Assembly (NCBI GenBank): GCA_964628295.1
Contig: CAZVLS010000003.1
Location: 187,972 to 251,971, forward strand
DNA from: an uncultured Acidobacterium sp.
Lineage (GTDB): Bacteria; Acidobacteriota; Vicinamibacteria; Vicinamibacterales; UBA2999
DNA: 64,000 nt
Direction of reading: 5' to 3'
Shown piece by piece: positions 36,596 to 44,926 of this stretch. The number at the start of each line of letters is the position of its first letter. Position 1 is the first letter of the stretch. The translations under genes were made by a program, and so were the position numbers. Under the pieces are notes generated by a model. The model had not been told where the DNA came from. It made no database searches and saw only the letters and a list, made by a program, of their open reading frames with translations.

Positions 36596-38391
36596 CCCTC
36601 GCGCGTCGAACGGCGTTCGTCGCCCTTCTCACCTCTCACTTCTCACTTCTCACTTCTGGTGCGTCCGCGCAAACCTTTGCTCATGACGTCGCGCCAGTCA
36701 TCTACGATGCCTGCGTGTCCTGCCACCGCAATGGCGGGCCCGGTCCATTTCCACTCACCAGCTACGACGAAGTGCGCCGCCGCGCAACGCAGATCGCTCA
36801 GGTCACTCGCAGCCGCTTCATGCCGCCCTGGAAAGTGGAGCCCGGTGTCAGTCACTTCGTCGGTCAACGCCTGCTCACTGATGCGGAGATCGAGACGATC
36901 GATCGGTGGGTCAAGAACGGAACGCCGGAGGGAGAGCCGTCTGCCTTGCCCAGGCTTCCGACGTTCGCGGATGGCTGGCTGCTCGGCAAGCCGGATCTGG
37001 TCGTGAAGCCCGAGGCACCCTTCTCGCTGCCGGCGCTCGACACCGACGCGTTTCGCATCTTCGCGATCCGCATTCCGATCAAGACGCGCACCTACGTCAC
37101 CGGCATCGAGTTCCATCCTGGCAACGCGCGCGTGGTGCACCACGCCAACATCCGGATTGATCGCACGTCAGCCACGCGCAAGCTGGACGAGGCCGATCCG
37201 CTGCCTGGGTACGACGGCCTGATGCCCCGTTCAGCGGAATACCCTGATGGCCACTTCCTCGGCTGGACGCCCGGGCAGGTCGCGCCGCTGGTGCAGCCGG
37301 AACTCGCCTGGGCACTCGAACCCGGCAGCGACCTGGTCGTGCAACTGCACCTGCAGCCCAGTGGCGCCGTCGAAGAAGTGTGGCCGGAGATCGGCCTCTA
37401 TTTCACCAATCGCACTCCGGAGCGGACGCCGACGATCCTGCGCCTTGGCTCGCAGGGCATTGACATCCCGCCGGGTGAACCGCGCTATGTGATCCGCGAC
37501 TCGTACGTGCTGCCGGTCGACGTCCAGTTGCTCGCCGTACAGCCGCACGCGCACTATCGCGCGAAGGAGATTCGCGGCACCGCGACACTGCCGGATGGTT
37601 CAACGCGACTGGTGATGCACATTCGCGACTGGGACTTCCGCTGGCAGCACGTCTACCGCGAGCAGACGCCGATCCCGTTGCCGAAGGGCACCCGCCTGGC
37701 GATGGAGTACACCTACGACAACTCGCCGATGAATGTGCGCAATCCCGAACTGCCGCCGGCGCGCGTGTTCTGGGGACAACGCTCGCGCGATGAGATGGGC
37801 GACCTTTGGTTCCAACTGCTCGCCTCGAACGAATCCGACCGCGCGCGCATGAGCGCCGAGATCAACGCCAAGATGACCGGTGAAGACATCGTCGGTTACG
37901 AGACGATGCTGAAGGTCACGCCGAACGATCCCGAACTGCATGACGATGCGGCGATGTTGTACCTGGGGATGGGCTTCGCCGCCAATGCGGTGCGTCACTT
38001 CCAGGCATCGGCCGCGCTGAAGCCGGAGTCGCCAGCCGCGCATTTCAATCTCGGCACCGCTCTCGCGCAGGCGGGCCGCTTCGACGACTCCGTGCGCGCG
38101 TTCCGGCAGGCGCTGACGCTCCGCCCCGACTACGGCCTGGCCCACGGCAATATCGGGCGGGTGCTGCTGGTGAAGGGTGACGTCAGCGATGCGCTGAAAC
38201 ACCTGGAGGAGGCTGTGCGCCTCGAGCCTGCGAATCCGCAGAGCCTGCTAGCGCTGGCTGAAGCGCTCGCACTGAGGGGCAGCTACGATCGCGCCGTCGA
38301 GATGCTCGCGCGCGCGTTGCGGCTGCCCCTGCCGGAAGCGCTCGCGAAGGAAATCTTCGCGAAACGGGCGGAGTATCTGAGGAAGAAGTAG
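36592..38391 (+). CDS. Secreted heme c (CxxCH) / PHM-DBM-like two-copper monooxygenase-fold protein with C-terminal TPR domain, paralog 3
   Basis: The start is GTG 36592. Motifs are CVSCH (36712-36726), RFMPPWKVEP, VVHHANI...QLHL and HAHYRA...FRWQ...RDEMG. C-terminal TPR repeats follow (AMLYLGMGFAANAVRHF...). The stop TAG 38389-38391 is inside a heptamer unit. Confidence 0.8.
   Translation: MTLARRTAFVALLTSHFSLLTSGASAQTFAHDVAPVIYDACVSCHRNGGPGPFPLTSYDEVRRRATQIAQVTRSRFMPPWKVEPGVSHFVGQRLLTDAEIETIDRWVKNGTPEGEPSALPRLPTFADGWLLGKPDLVVKPEAPFSLPALDTDAFRIFAIRIPIKTRTYVTGIEFHPGNARVVHHANIRIDRTSATRKLDEADPLPGYDGLMPRSAEYPDGHFLGWTPGQVAPLVQPELAWALEPGSDLVVQLHLQPSGAVEEVWPEIGLYFTNRTPERTPTILRLGSQGIDIPPGEPRYVIRDSYVLPVDVQLLAVQPHAHYRAKEIRGTATLPDGSTRLVMHIRDWDFRWQHVYREQTPIPLPKGTRLAMEYTYDNSPMNVRNPELPPARVFWGQRSRDEMGDLWFQLLASNESDRARMSAEINAKMTGEDIVGYETMLKVTPNDPELHDDAAMLYLGMGFAANAVRHFQASAALKPESPAAHFNLGTALAQAGRFDDSVRAFRQALTLRPDYGLAHGNIGRVLLVKGDVSDALKHLEEAVRLEPANPQSLLALAEALALRGSYDRAVEMLARALRLPLPEALAKEIFAKRAEYLRKK
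36625..36657. repeat. Solitary CTTCTCA-type heptamer array (x4.7) inside the signal-peptide coding region of paralog 3
   Basis: The sequence cttctca cctctca cttctca cttctca cttct is translated as LLTSHFSLLTS. Confidence 0.85.
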
Positions 38392-38468
38392 CAAGTATCA
38401 AGTAGCAAGTAGCAAGAAGAACACTCGGCAACTTCGCATTTTCTTGCTACTTGCTACTTGTTACTTCT
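38388..38468. repeat. Inverted heptamer arrays (GTAGCAA x4 / TTGCTAC x3) with a 28-nt loop
   Basis: Units are at 38388-38415 and 38444-38464. The stops of both convergent genes (38389-38391 and 38447-38449) are inside units. Confidence 0.9.
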
Positions 38469-39421
38469 GCGATCTTCCGAATCAACGGCTCCAACTGTTC
38501 CACCGTCGGCTGACCCGGCAGGTAGGTCGACACCTTGCCATCACGATCGATCAGCACGTACGTCGGCGTCGTCGAGACACCGTAGCGGGTGTAGACATCG
38601 TCGCTGACCGGCGCAGGCACGGCCTTCATCCACGGATAGAACTCGTCGCGGACCTGTTCAATGTACTTGAGTTCTTCGGCCGGACCCACCGGGCGGCGCT
38701 TTTCGGCATAGCCGAAGCGCTGCGTTGGCGCGATCACGGTGATGCCGCTGCTCTTGTACTTGTTGACGAGCCCCTCGAGGATCGGTCCCTGCTTCTTGCA
38801 GTCGCCGCACCAGTGCGCCCACAGGAACACCACGACCGGCTTGCCCTTGAGTTCGGCCAGCGACGGGGGCTTCGGCCCCAGGAACTCCGACGATTCCCAC
38901 GGCAGTGCGGGCTGGCCTTCGAGGCCAATCAGGTTGGTGTTCTTGTTCAGTCGCGTAATGATCGAGGTGCCCGCGAAGCGTTCGCCTTCACGCTGCAAAT
39001 GCATCAGCGCCTCCGACCGGCGATTCTGTCCGGCAAGCGAGAGCGCCTGGGTTTCGATCGCGGCGCCGAGCGCAATGGGCAGTCGCGCTTCGTCGTCCAG
39101 CTTACGCGTCTTCAACTGTTCTTCGACGATCTCGTACGTGCGTGCCGCGTAGGTCATCGCCTCGTCGTAGCGCTTGGCGCCGAGGTAGCCGCGTCCGAGC
39201 CACGAAAAGGCCTCGATGGCGATCGGCGTGGTGCCGTTGGCCGCCATGTCGTCCAGCACGATCTTCTCGGCCTTCTTGAGATCGTTCTCCGCGATCGCAT
39301 CGCGCACGAGTTGCACGATCGTCTTCGGTGGTGCAGCTGCCGGCGCCGGTGCGGGCGATTGCGCGACGGCCGGGGCGGTGACAACCAGAGACAAAACCAG
39401 GGCGAGCGAGATGCGTGTCAT
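38447..39421 (-). CDS. Secreted TlpA-like thioredoxin (WCGDC) with N-terminal TPR-like domain
   Basis: ATG 39421 gives MTRISLALVLSLVVTAPAVAQ (signal peptide). Motifs are LKGKPVVVFLWAHWCGDCKKQGP and VSTTPTYVLIDRDGKV. Confidence 0.8.
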   Translation of the reverse strand: MTRISLALVLSLVVTAPAVAQSPAPAPAAAPPKTIVQLVRDAIAENDLKKAEKIVLDDMAANGTTPIAIEAFSWLGRGYLGAKRYDEAMTYAARTYEIVEEQLKTRKLDDEARLPIALGAAIETQALSLAGQNRRSEALMHLQREGERFAGTSIITRLNKNTNLIGLEGQPALPWESSEFLGPKPPSLAELKGKPVVVFLWAHWCGDCKKQGPILEGLVNKYKSSGITVIAPTQRFGYAEKRRPVGPAEELKYIEQVRDEFYPWMKAVPAPVSDDVYTRYGVSTTPTYVLIDRDGKVSTYLPGQPTVEQLEPLIRKIAEVTSSK

Positions 39422-39463
39422 GACTCGTGAGCATACCGCGATCTCAGGACCTTCCGGCCCCAT

Positions 39464-39487
39464 CCCTGAACCCTGATCCTGATCCCC
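39464..39487. repeat. Short CCCTGAW heptamer array in a divergent intergenic region
   Basis: The sequence is ccctgaa ccctgat cctgat cccc, the same unit family as 9996-10030. Confidence 0.6.
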
Positions 39488-39496
39488 GTTTATAGT

Positions 39497-41665
39497 GTGC
39501 GGATGCGCAAAGCTCTTCCGCTCGTGGTTGCCACTTTTGCACTCCTCTCATCGGGCCTCCCGCACGCGCAGGTCCGGTCCATTCGCGGCTTTCCCGATGA
39601 CGCGGTCGCGGCACAGCGCCAGCGCGAAGAGCAGTACCGCAAGATTCCGGAAGCGGCGAAGTTGAAGGAGTACATGGAGGCCATGGCGGGCGACTCGCAC
39701 GTTGCCGGTCAGCCCTCGTCGAAGCGAGTCGCCGACTACGCGCTTGCGAAGTTCAAATCATTCGGCCTTGATGCGCGCATCGAGGAGTTCGAGGCGATGA
39801 TGCCGTGGCCGATCGAGACGACCGTCGAGGTCGTGGCCCCGGAGAAGTACACGCTTCGCGTCAAGGAACCGGTACTGCCGGAAGATCCTGACTCCGGCGA
39901 TCAGACGCCGCTCTACAACGCCTACTCGGGTGATGGCGACGTCACAGGCGAAGTCATCTACGTGAACTACGGCATGCCCGCCGACTACGAGCGCCTGAAG
40001 GAACTGGGCGTCGACGTCAAGGGCAAGATCGTGATCGCGCGCTACGGCGCGGGCTGGCGCGGCATCAAGCCGAAGGTTGCCTACGAACATGGCGCGATCG
40101 GCTGCTTGATCTATTCGGATCCGCGTGACGATGGCTATTACCCCGGCGATGTGTATCCGGCAGGCCCGTATCGTCCGGAGTTTGGCGCGCAGCGCGGCAG
40201 CGTGATGGACATGCCGGTGCACGCCGGCGATCCGCTGACACCAGGGTGGGGAAGCGAAGCGGGCGGCAGGAAGCTACGGATCGAGGAGGCGCAGACGATC
40301 CTCAAGATCCCGGTGCTGCCGATTTCGTACGGCGACGCGCTGCCGATCCTGCGCCAGCTCAAGGGCAAGGTCGTGCCGAACGAATGGAAGGGCGCGCTGC
40401 CGATCACGTATCACGTCGGCCCCGGTCCTGCCCGCGTGCACATGAACCTGAAGTTCGAATGGAAGAACCGACCGCTCTACAACGTGGTGGTGCGCATTCC
40501 CGGCGCCACGCGTCCCGATGAGTGGGTGATCTTTGGCAACCATCACGACGCCTGGGTGATGGGCGCGGATGATCCGATCAGCGGCGCATCGGCGCTGATG
40601 GAAACGGCGCGTGGTCTTGGCGAAATGCTCAAGACCGGCTGGCGTCCCTCGCGCACGATCGTGCTGGCCTTGTGGGACGGCGAAGAGTGGGGCTTGCTCG
40701 GTTCGACGGAGTGGGCGGAGAAGCACGGCGCCGAACTGAAGCAGAAGGCCGCGATCTACATCAACACCGACGGCACCGGTAAGGGCTGGCTCAACACCGG
40801 CGGTTCGCACAGCCTGCAGCAACTGATGGGCGAGGTCGCCAAGGAGGTCATGGATCCGCGCACCGGCAAGCCGGTGTTCGAGGAGGCCCGCCGCCGCGCG
40901 ATCCTCGGCGAGGCTGAGGCCGACCGCAAGGCGGCAGAAGCCGATCCATCCCTTCGGCTCTCACCGCTTGGATCCGGATCAGACTTCACGCCCTTCCTGC
41001 AGCACCTCACGACGTCCGTGCTGAACGTCGGGTTCGGTGGGGAGAGTCCCGGTGGTGTGTATCACTCTGCCTACGACACCGTGAAGTGGTACCAGACCTA
41101 CTCGGATGGCGACTATACCTACGGCCGCACGCTGTCGCAGCTGACAGGGACGCTGATCATGCGTCTTGCCGACGCGCCGGTCCTGCCATTTCAGTTCACC
41201 GACACTGCCGACACGCTGATGCGCTACGTCGTCGAACTGGAGAAGCTGGCCGAGTCGAAGAAAGACTCGAAGGTCGACATGAAGCCGGTGCGTGGCGCCG
41301 TTGAATCGCTCCGCGCCGCGGCGCAGGCGTTCGAAAAGGCGTATGCATCGGTGCCTCGGTCAAACACGCAGGCGCTGATGGCTCGACAGGAATTGCGCCA
41401 GCTCAACTCGTTGCTCCTGACGTCAGAGCAGAAGTTGGGCAATCGCGAAGGGCTGCCGCGCCGGGACTGGTTCAAGCACCAGATCTATGCGCCCGGCTTC
41501 TACACCGGCTATGGCGTGAAGACCATGCCGCAGATCCGCGAGGGCCTCGAGGAGAACCGCTTCACCGAGGCGCAGGGCGGTGTGCGCACGGTGTCGGCGG
41601 CGATCAACGCGCTGGCGGCGCAGGTCACTGACGCGGCAGCCACGCTTCAGAGCGCTGTCAAGTAG
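39497..41665 (+). CDS. M28-family peptidase with PA and transferrin-receptor-like dimerisation domains (glutamate carboxypeptidase II-like)
   Basis: 722-aa ORF with a signal peptide. Motifs are GKIVIARYG (PA domain) and FGNHHDAW...WDGEEWGLLGSTEW (M28 zinc ligand contexts), plus a C-terminal TFR_dimer-like helical region. The start is GTG 39497 or ATG 39503. Confidence 0.8.
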   Translation: MRMRKALPLVVATFALLSSGLPHAQVRSIRGFPDDAVAAQRQREEQYRKIPEAAKLKEYMEAMAGDSHVAGQPSSKRVADYALAKFKSFGLDARIEEFEAMMPWPIETTVEVVAPEKYTLRVKEPVLPEDPDSGDQTPLYNAYSGDGDVTGEVIYVNYGMPADYERLKELGVDVKGKIVIARYGAGWRGIKPKVAYEHGAIGCLIYSDPRDDGYYPGDVYPAGPYRPEFGAQRGSVMDMPVHAGDPLTPGWGSEAGGRKLRIEEAQTILKIPVLPISYGDALPILRQLKGKVVPNEWKGALPITYHVGPGPARVHMNLKFEWKNRPLYNVVVRIPGATRPDEWVIFGNHHDAWVMGADDPISGASALMETARGLGEMLKTGWRPSRTIVLALWDGEEWGLLGSTEWAEKHGAELKQKAAIYINTDGTGKGWLNTGGSHSLQQLMGEVAKEVMDPRTGKPVFEEARRRAILGEAEADRKAAEADPSLRLSPLGSGSDFTPFLQHLTTSVLNVGFGGESPGGVYHSAYDTVKWYQTYSDGDYTYGRTLSQLTGTLIMRLADAPVLPFQFTDTADTLMRYVVELEKLAESKKDSKVDMKPVRGAVESLRAAAQAFEKAYASVPRSNTQALMARQELRQLNSLLLTSEQKLGNREGLPRRDWFKHQIYAPGFYTGYGVKTMPQIREGLEENRFTEAQGGVRTVSAAINALAAQVTDAAATLQSAVK

Positions 41666-41678
41666 CGGAGAGCCATCG

Positions 41679-42056
41679 ATGGTCGCGTCGAACATCAAGT
41701 GGATCATGCTGGTTGCAGGTGTACTGACGTTCTCGATGATCTACGGTCTCTTCGCGCCACAGGCGCAGTTGCAATCGACGTTTGGCGCCACGCTGGACGG
41801 TCCGGTTGCCGACATCGTCGTTCGTAACTGGGGTGCGCTGATCGCGATGGTCGGTGCCATTCTGGCGTTCGCAGCGTTTCATCCGCCGAGCCGCCTCGTG
41901 GCGGCCGCCGCCGCGATTACCAGCAAGACGGTGTTCATCGCGTTGGTACTGTCGAAGGGAAGCGCCTATCTGGGGTACCAGGCGGGCGTTGCGGTTGCGG
42001 CCGACTCCGTCATGGTGCTCTTGTTCCTCACCTATCTCTCGACCCGGCCAAAGTAG
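41679..42056 (+). CDS. Small integral membrane protein (4 predicted TM segments), unknown family
   Basis: ATG 41679 gives MVASNIKWIMLVAGVLTFSMIYGLF.... The protein is 125 aa. Its stop overlaps the next GTG (TAGTG). Confidence 0.55.
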   Translation: MVASNIKWIMLVAGVLTFSMIYGLFAPQAQLQSTFGATLDGPVADIVVRNWGALIAMVGAILAFAAFHPPSRLVAAAAAITSKTVFIALVLSKGSAYLGYQAGVAVAADSVMVLLFLTYLSTRPK

Positions 42057-42735
42057 TGTCGAAGACGCGATTGATCGAGTCCGTCAAGGCGCTCGATCTC
42101 CAGGAAACGAAGCGCCTCCTCGCGGCGCAGCCGGAGCTGGCGACAGTCTGGAACGAGCAGGGCAGGAACCTGCTGCACTCGCCTGCAGCGCCGAGTGCGA
42201 GAAGCTTGGCAAGCCTGAGTCCGCCGCCGCGAAGATGGTGACGTTCCTCCTCGATCGAGGTTTCGAAATCGAAGAAGAAGGCGGTGCCTCACCAGACATG
42301 TGCAAGCCGATCTGGTTCGCCACCGCACGTGGGCGCAATGCCACCGTCGTGAAGCTACTGCTCGACCGCGGCGCCGAGCCGACCGGGCTCTATGCTGCCG
42401 GCTGGTGGGAAGACGTCAAGATCCTCAACCTGCTGATCGACGCCGGCGCCGACCTGGAAGTGGTCGTCGGCGAGACGCCGTTTCTCGCGTGCTGGGGATG
42501 GAGGAAGTTCAAGGCTGCCAAGGCGCTGGCGGCCAAAGGCGCGAACGTCAACGCCCAGGACAAGCGTGGACGCACGGCGCTGCACATTGGCGTCGAGAAA
42601 GAGTTTGAGCCGGCGCTGCTGAAGTGGCTGGTAGAGCAGGGCGCTTCCCCGGACGTCCCCAACAAAGACGGGATCACGGCGCGGCAGAAAGCCGCACGCA
42701 AACGCGACAAGAGATTCCTCGCGGCGCTCACCTAG
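42056..42735 (+). pseudogene. Ankyrin-repeat protein gene interrupted by a 1-nt frameshift near 42176-42181
   Basis: Frame 2 (42056-42241) encodes MSKTRLIESVKALDLQETKRLLAAQPELATVWNEQGRNLLH. Frame 1 continues LACSAECEK...ANVNAQDKRGRTALHIGVEKE...SPDVPNKDGITARQKA. Joined with a -1 shift after CAC, they give a canonical ANK motif GRNLLHLA. Confidence 0.75.
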
Positions 42736-42736
42736 A

Positions 42737-42756
42737 GGCGGATCTTCAGATCCGCC
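42737..42756. terminator. Short bidirectional hairpin between convergent genes
   Basis: GGCGGATC-TTCA-GATCCGCC forms a perfect 8-bp stem. There is no clear U-tract. Confidence 0.45.
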
Positions 42757-42765
42757 CGCGGTAGA

Positions 42766-44115
42766 TCAGCGCGATCCTCCGGCTTCCGTGATCTTCCTGT
42801 TGACGCGATCCTGCAGCCAGTGCGCGTCCCACCATTCGACCGGATTCACCGGAATCCCCTGCAGCAACATCGTGAAGTGCAAGTGATCGCCGCCCGCGAG
42901 GCCGGTGACGCCGGTGCGCCCCAGCTCCTGATTCTTCGTCACGGTGTCGCCCACCTTGACGCCGATCTGCGAGAGGTGGGCGTAGAGCGACTGCACGCCG
43001 AGACCGTGATCAACGATCACGCAGTTGCCGTAGATGCCGAGGAAATCAGCGAACACCACCTTCCCTGCGTTCGATGCGTGAACAGGCGCCTGCTGCACCG
43101 TCGCGAGGTCGAAGCCCAGGTGGACCTGCTTGTCGATTTCCTGGTCGTTGAAGTAGTAAGTGCGGCGGTCGGCGAAGCGTGATTCGACCTGCGAGTTGCC
43201 CATCTGCGCGAATGCCTCGGTCCACAACATGCGTGGCTCGCTCTTCTCGGCGAGCGAGGCGATGAATTCGCCGTTCTTCCGGCGCAGGTTGCCGTTGATT
43301 TCGAGGAAGCCCTTCAGCAGGCCTTCGGGCGAACCGGTGTCGACCTTCACGTCCGGCGTGTTTGACGCGATCGCCGGGACGACGCGATCGAGGAAGCGCT
43401 GATCGATCGGGATCTTCGACTGCAGGAACTTCTTCACGAAGGGCTGGTGCTCTACGGGTGTGGTCGCCTGGTTGCCGGCGGCATCGCGCGCGTACGCCGT
43501 GATTCGCGTGTTGATGTCCTGGTCGTGCTGCAGGGCAAAGAAGCCGACGCGAACCGCCGGATCGCTGATGCCGACGGCTGATCCCGGATAGGCGCGGAAC
43601 CTGACATCGCCAACCTGGATACCCGCTTCAACGTCGTCCGGCGTCGCTCTCAACACGACGAATTCGGCGCCGCCGAGGTTGATGAAATGGTGGATGGAGA
43701 CGACGGAGACTCGTGGCGGGTCCATCCGGGCGGTGAGCTCACGGTTCAACTCACTGTGAACGGTGCGCCACCCATAGAACGTCGTCCGCGATGCGTCAAC
43801 TTCGAGCGTGACAGGCCCGTTGACCGCGCCCTGTCCAACCGTGCCGGACATCACGATCTTGCCGTCGGCACGATCGGTCTTGAGGTCGCCGACCTGGAGT
43901 GGCTTGCCGTTCTGCTGGAAGCCGACCATGCTGGCCGTGATCTCCGTCGGCGATTCGATGGTGATCGAGAAGGGCGTCGCTCGTCCGATGAACTTTTCCG
44001 GTCCGTTGATGGTGATCACCGGCCCAGGTTCGCTGCCGGCACGCACGTACAGGTAGCCGCCAACGGCGACGACAGCGAGGATCAGCCCAACGAGGATGAG
44101 CTTGAAGAAGCGCAT
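42766..44115 (-). CDS. M23-family (LytM-type) metallopeptidase, membrane-anchored
   Basis: It has an N-terminal TM segment. The C-terminal motifs are HLGFDLA...VIVDHGLGVQSLYAHLS...GRTGVTGLAGGDHLHF. Confidence 0.85.
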   Translation of the reverse strand: MRFFKLILVGLILAVVAVGGYLYVRAGSEPGPVITINGPEKFIGRATPFSITIESPTEITASMVGFQQNGKPLQVGDLKTDRADGKIVMSGTVGQGAVNGPVTLEVDASRTTFYGWRTVHSELNRELTARMDPPRVSVVSIHHFINLGGAEFVVLRATPDDVEAGIQVGDVRFRAYPGSAVGISDPAVRVGFFALQHDQDINTRITAYARDAAGNQATTPVEHQPFVKKFLQSKIPIDQRFLDRVVPAIASNTPDVKVDTGSPEGLLKGFLEINGNLRRKNGEFIASLAEKSEPRMLWTEAFAQMGNSQVESRFADRRTYYFNDQEIDKQVHLGFDLATVQQAPVHASNAGKVVFADFLGIYGNCVIVDHGLGVQSLYAHLSQIGVKVGDTVTKNQELGRTGVTGLAGGDHLHFTMLLQGIPVNPVEWWDAHWLQDRVNRKITEAGGSR

Positions 44116-44203
44116 CCCTCGATAATAAGCGGGCGACTGCAGTTCGCCGCTACGAATTAACGTTGCAAGCGTCGTGATCGGATCAAAGTGTTAGGCTGAC
44201 GCC

Positions 44204-44917
44204 GTGCCGCGCTGGGCCGAATGGACGGCTGTGATCGCCGCGCTCGTCTACGCGCTCCTGTTCGCGCACTTTCAATGGGGAGGGGCCGCCGCCCACGTAC
44301 TGGCGCTGCTGCCCGGCGTGATCACCTACCTGGTTGCGCGGTCGCTTCTGGCGTCGGTCGTCGTGTTCCTGATACCGATGTACTTCGTGATTGGCCAGGC
44401 GACGGCCGATCGGGTGCACTATCAACCATTCACCTGGCTCGATCGTGCGATGCCGTTGTGGCCGGAGTGGGTCTTCGTATACGCCACGCTTTACCTCTGT
44501 GCGTTCATCGTGCCGCTCGTGGTCGTTCGAGGGTCGCAGCTTGTTGAAAAGACGCTTCAGGCCTACCTGTTCGTCATGCTCGTGTCGTATGTCATCTTCT
44601 GGTTCTACCCAACGGTCACGCCGCGCGTCGAAAGCCAGGACGTCCATGGCGCTGCCGAGTGGACCCTGCAGTTGTTCTACAGACTCGACCAGCCGTACGG
44701 CTGTTTCCCGTCGCTGCACGTCGCCTATTCGGCGGCCGGCGCATTCGCCTGCTGTAGGGTGCGTCCACGATTGGGGCGGGCAATGCTTGCCTGGACCGTC
44801 TTGATCGCCGTCTCCACGATCTACACCAAGCAGCATTTTGCGGTGGATGCCATTGCCGGAGGCCTGCTTGGGATTGTCGCGTGGGCGCTGTTCTTGAGAA
44901 CCGGGGTTCGCCGCTAA
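44204..44917 (+). CDS. PAP2-superfamily membrane phosphatase / phosphotransferase-like protein
   Basis: 237-aa multi-TM ORF. The motif CFPSLHVAYS...TKQHFAVDAIAG corresponds to PAP2 motifs C2/C3. Confidence 0.7.
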   Translation: MPRWAEWTAVIAALVYALLFAHFQWGGAAAHVLALLPGVITYLVARSLLASVVVFLIPMYFVIGQATADRVHYQPFTWLDRAMPLWPEWVFVYATLYLCAFIVPLVVVRGSQLVEKTLQAYLFVMLVSYVIFWFYPTVTPRVESQDVHGAAEWTLQLFYRLDQPYGCFPSLHVAYSAAGAFACCRVRPRLGRAMLAWTVLIAVSTIYTKQHFAVDAIAGGLLGIVAWALFLRTGVRR

Positions 44918-44926
44918 GATTAGCGG

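Noticed and set aside
41854-42055. The ankyrin frame (ORF 41854-42735) has a possible N-terminal extension.
   Set aside because: This part overlaps the small membrane-protein gene in another frame and translates to Pro/Arg/Ser-rich sequence. The ankyrin N-terminus is supplied by the 42056 frame instead.
42170-42185. I considered programmed -1 ribosomal frameshifting in the ankyrin gene.
   Set aside because: There is no slippery X XXY YYZ heptamer and no obvious stimulatory structure. A deletion or sequencing error is the simpler explanation, although it was not formally excluded.
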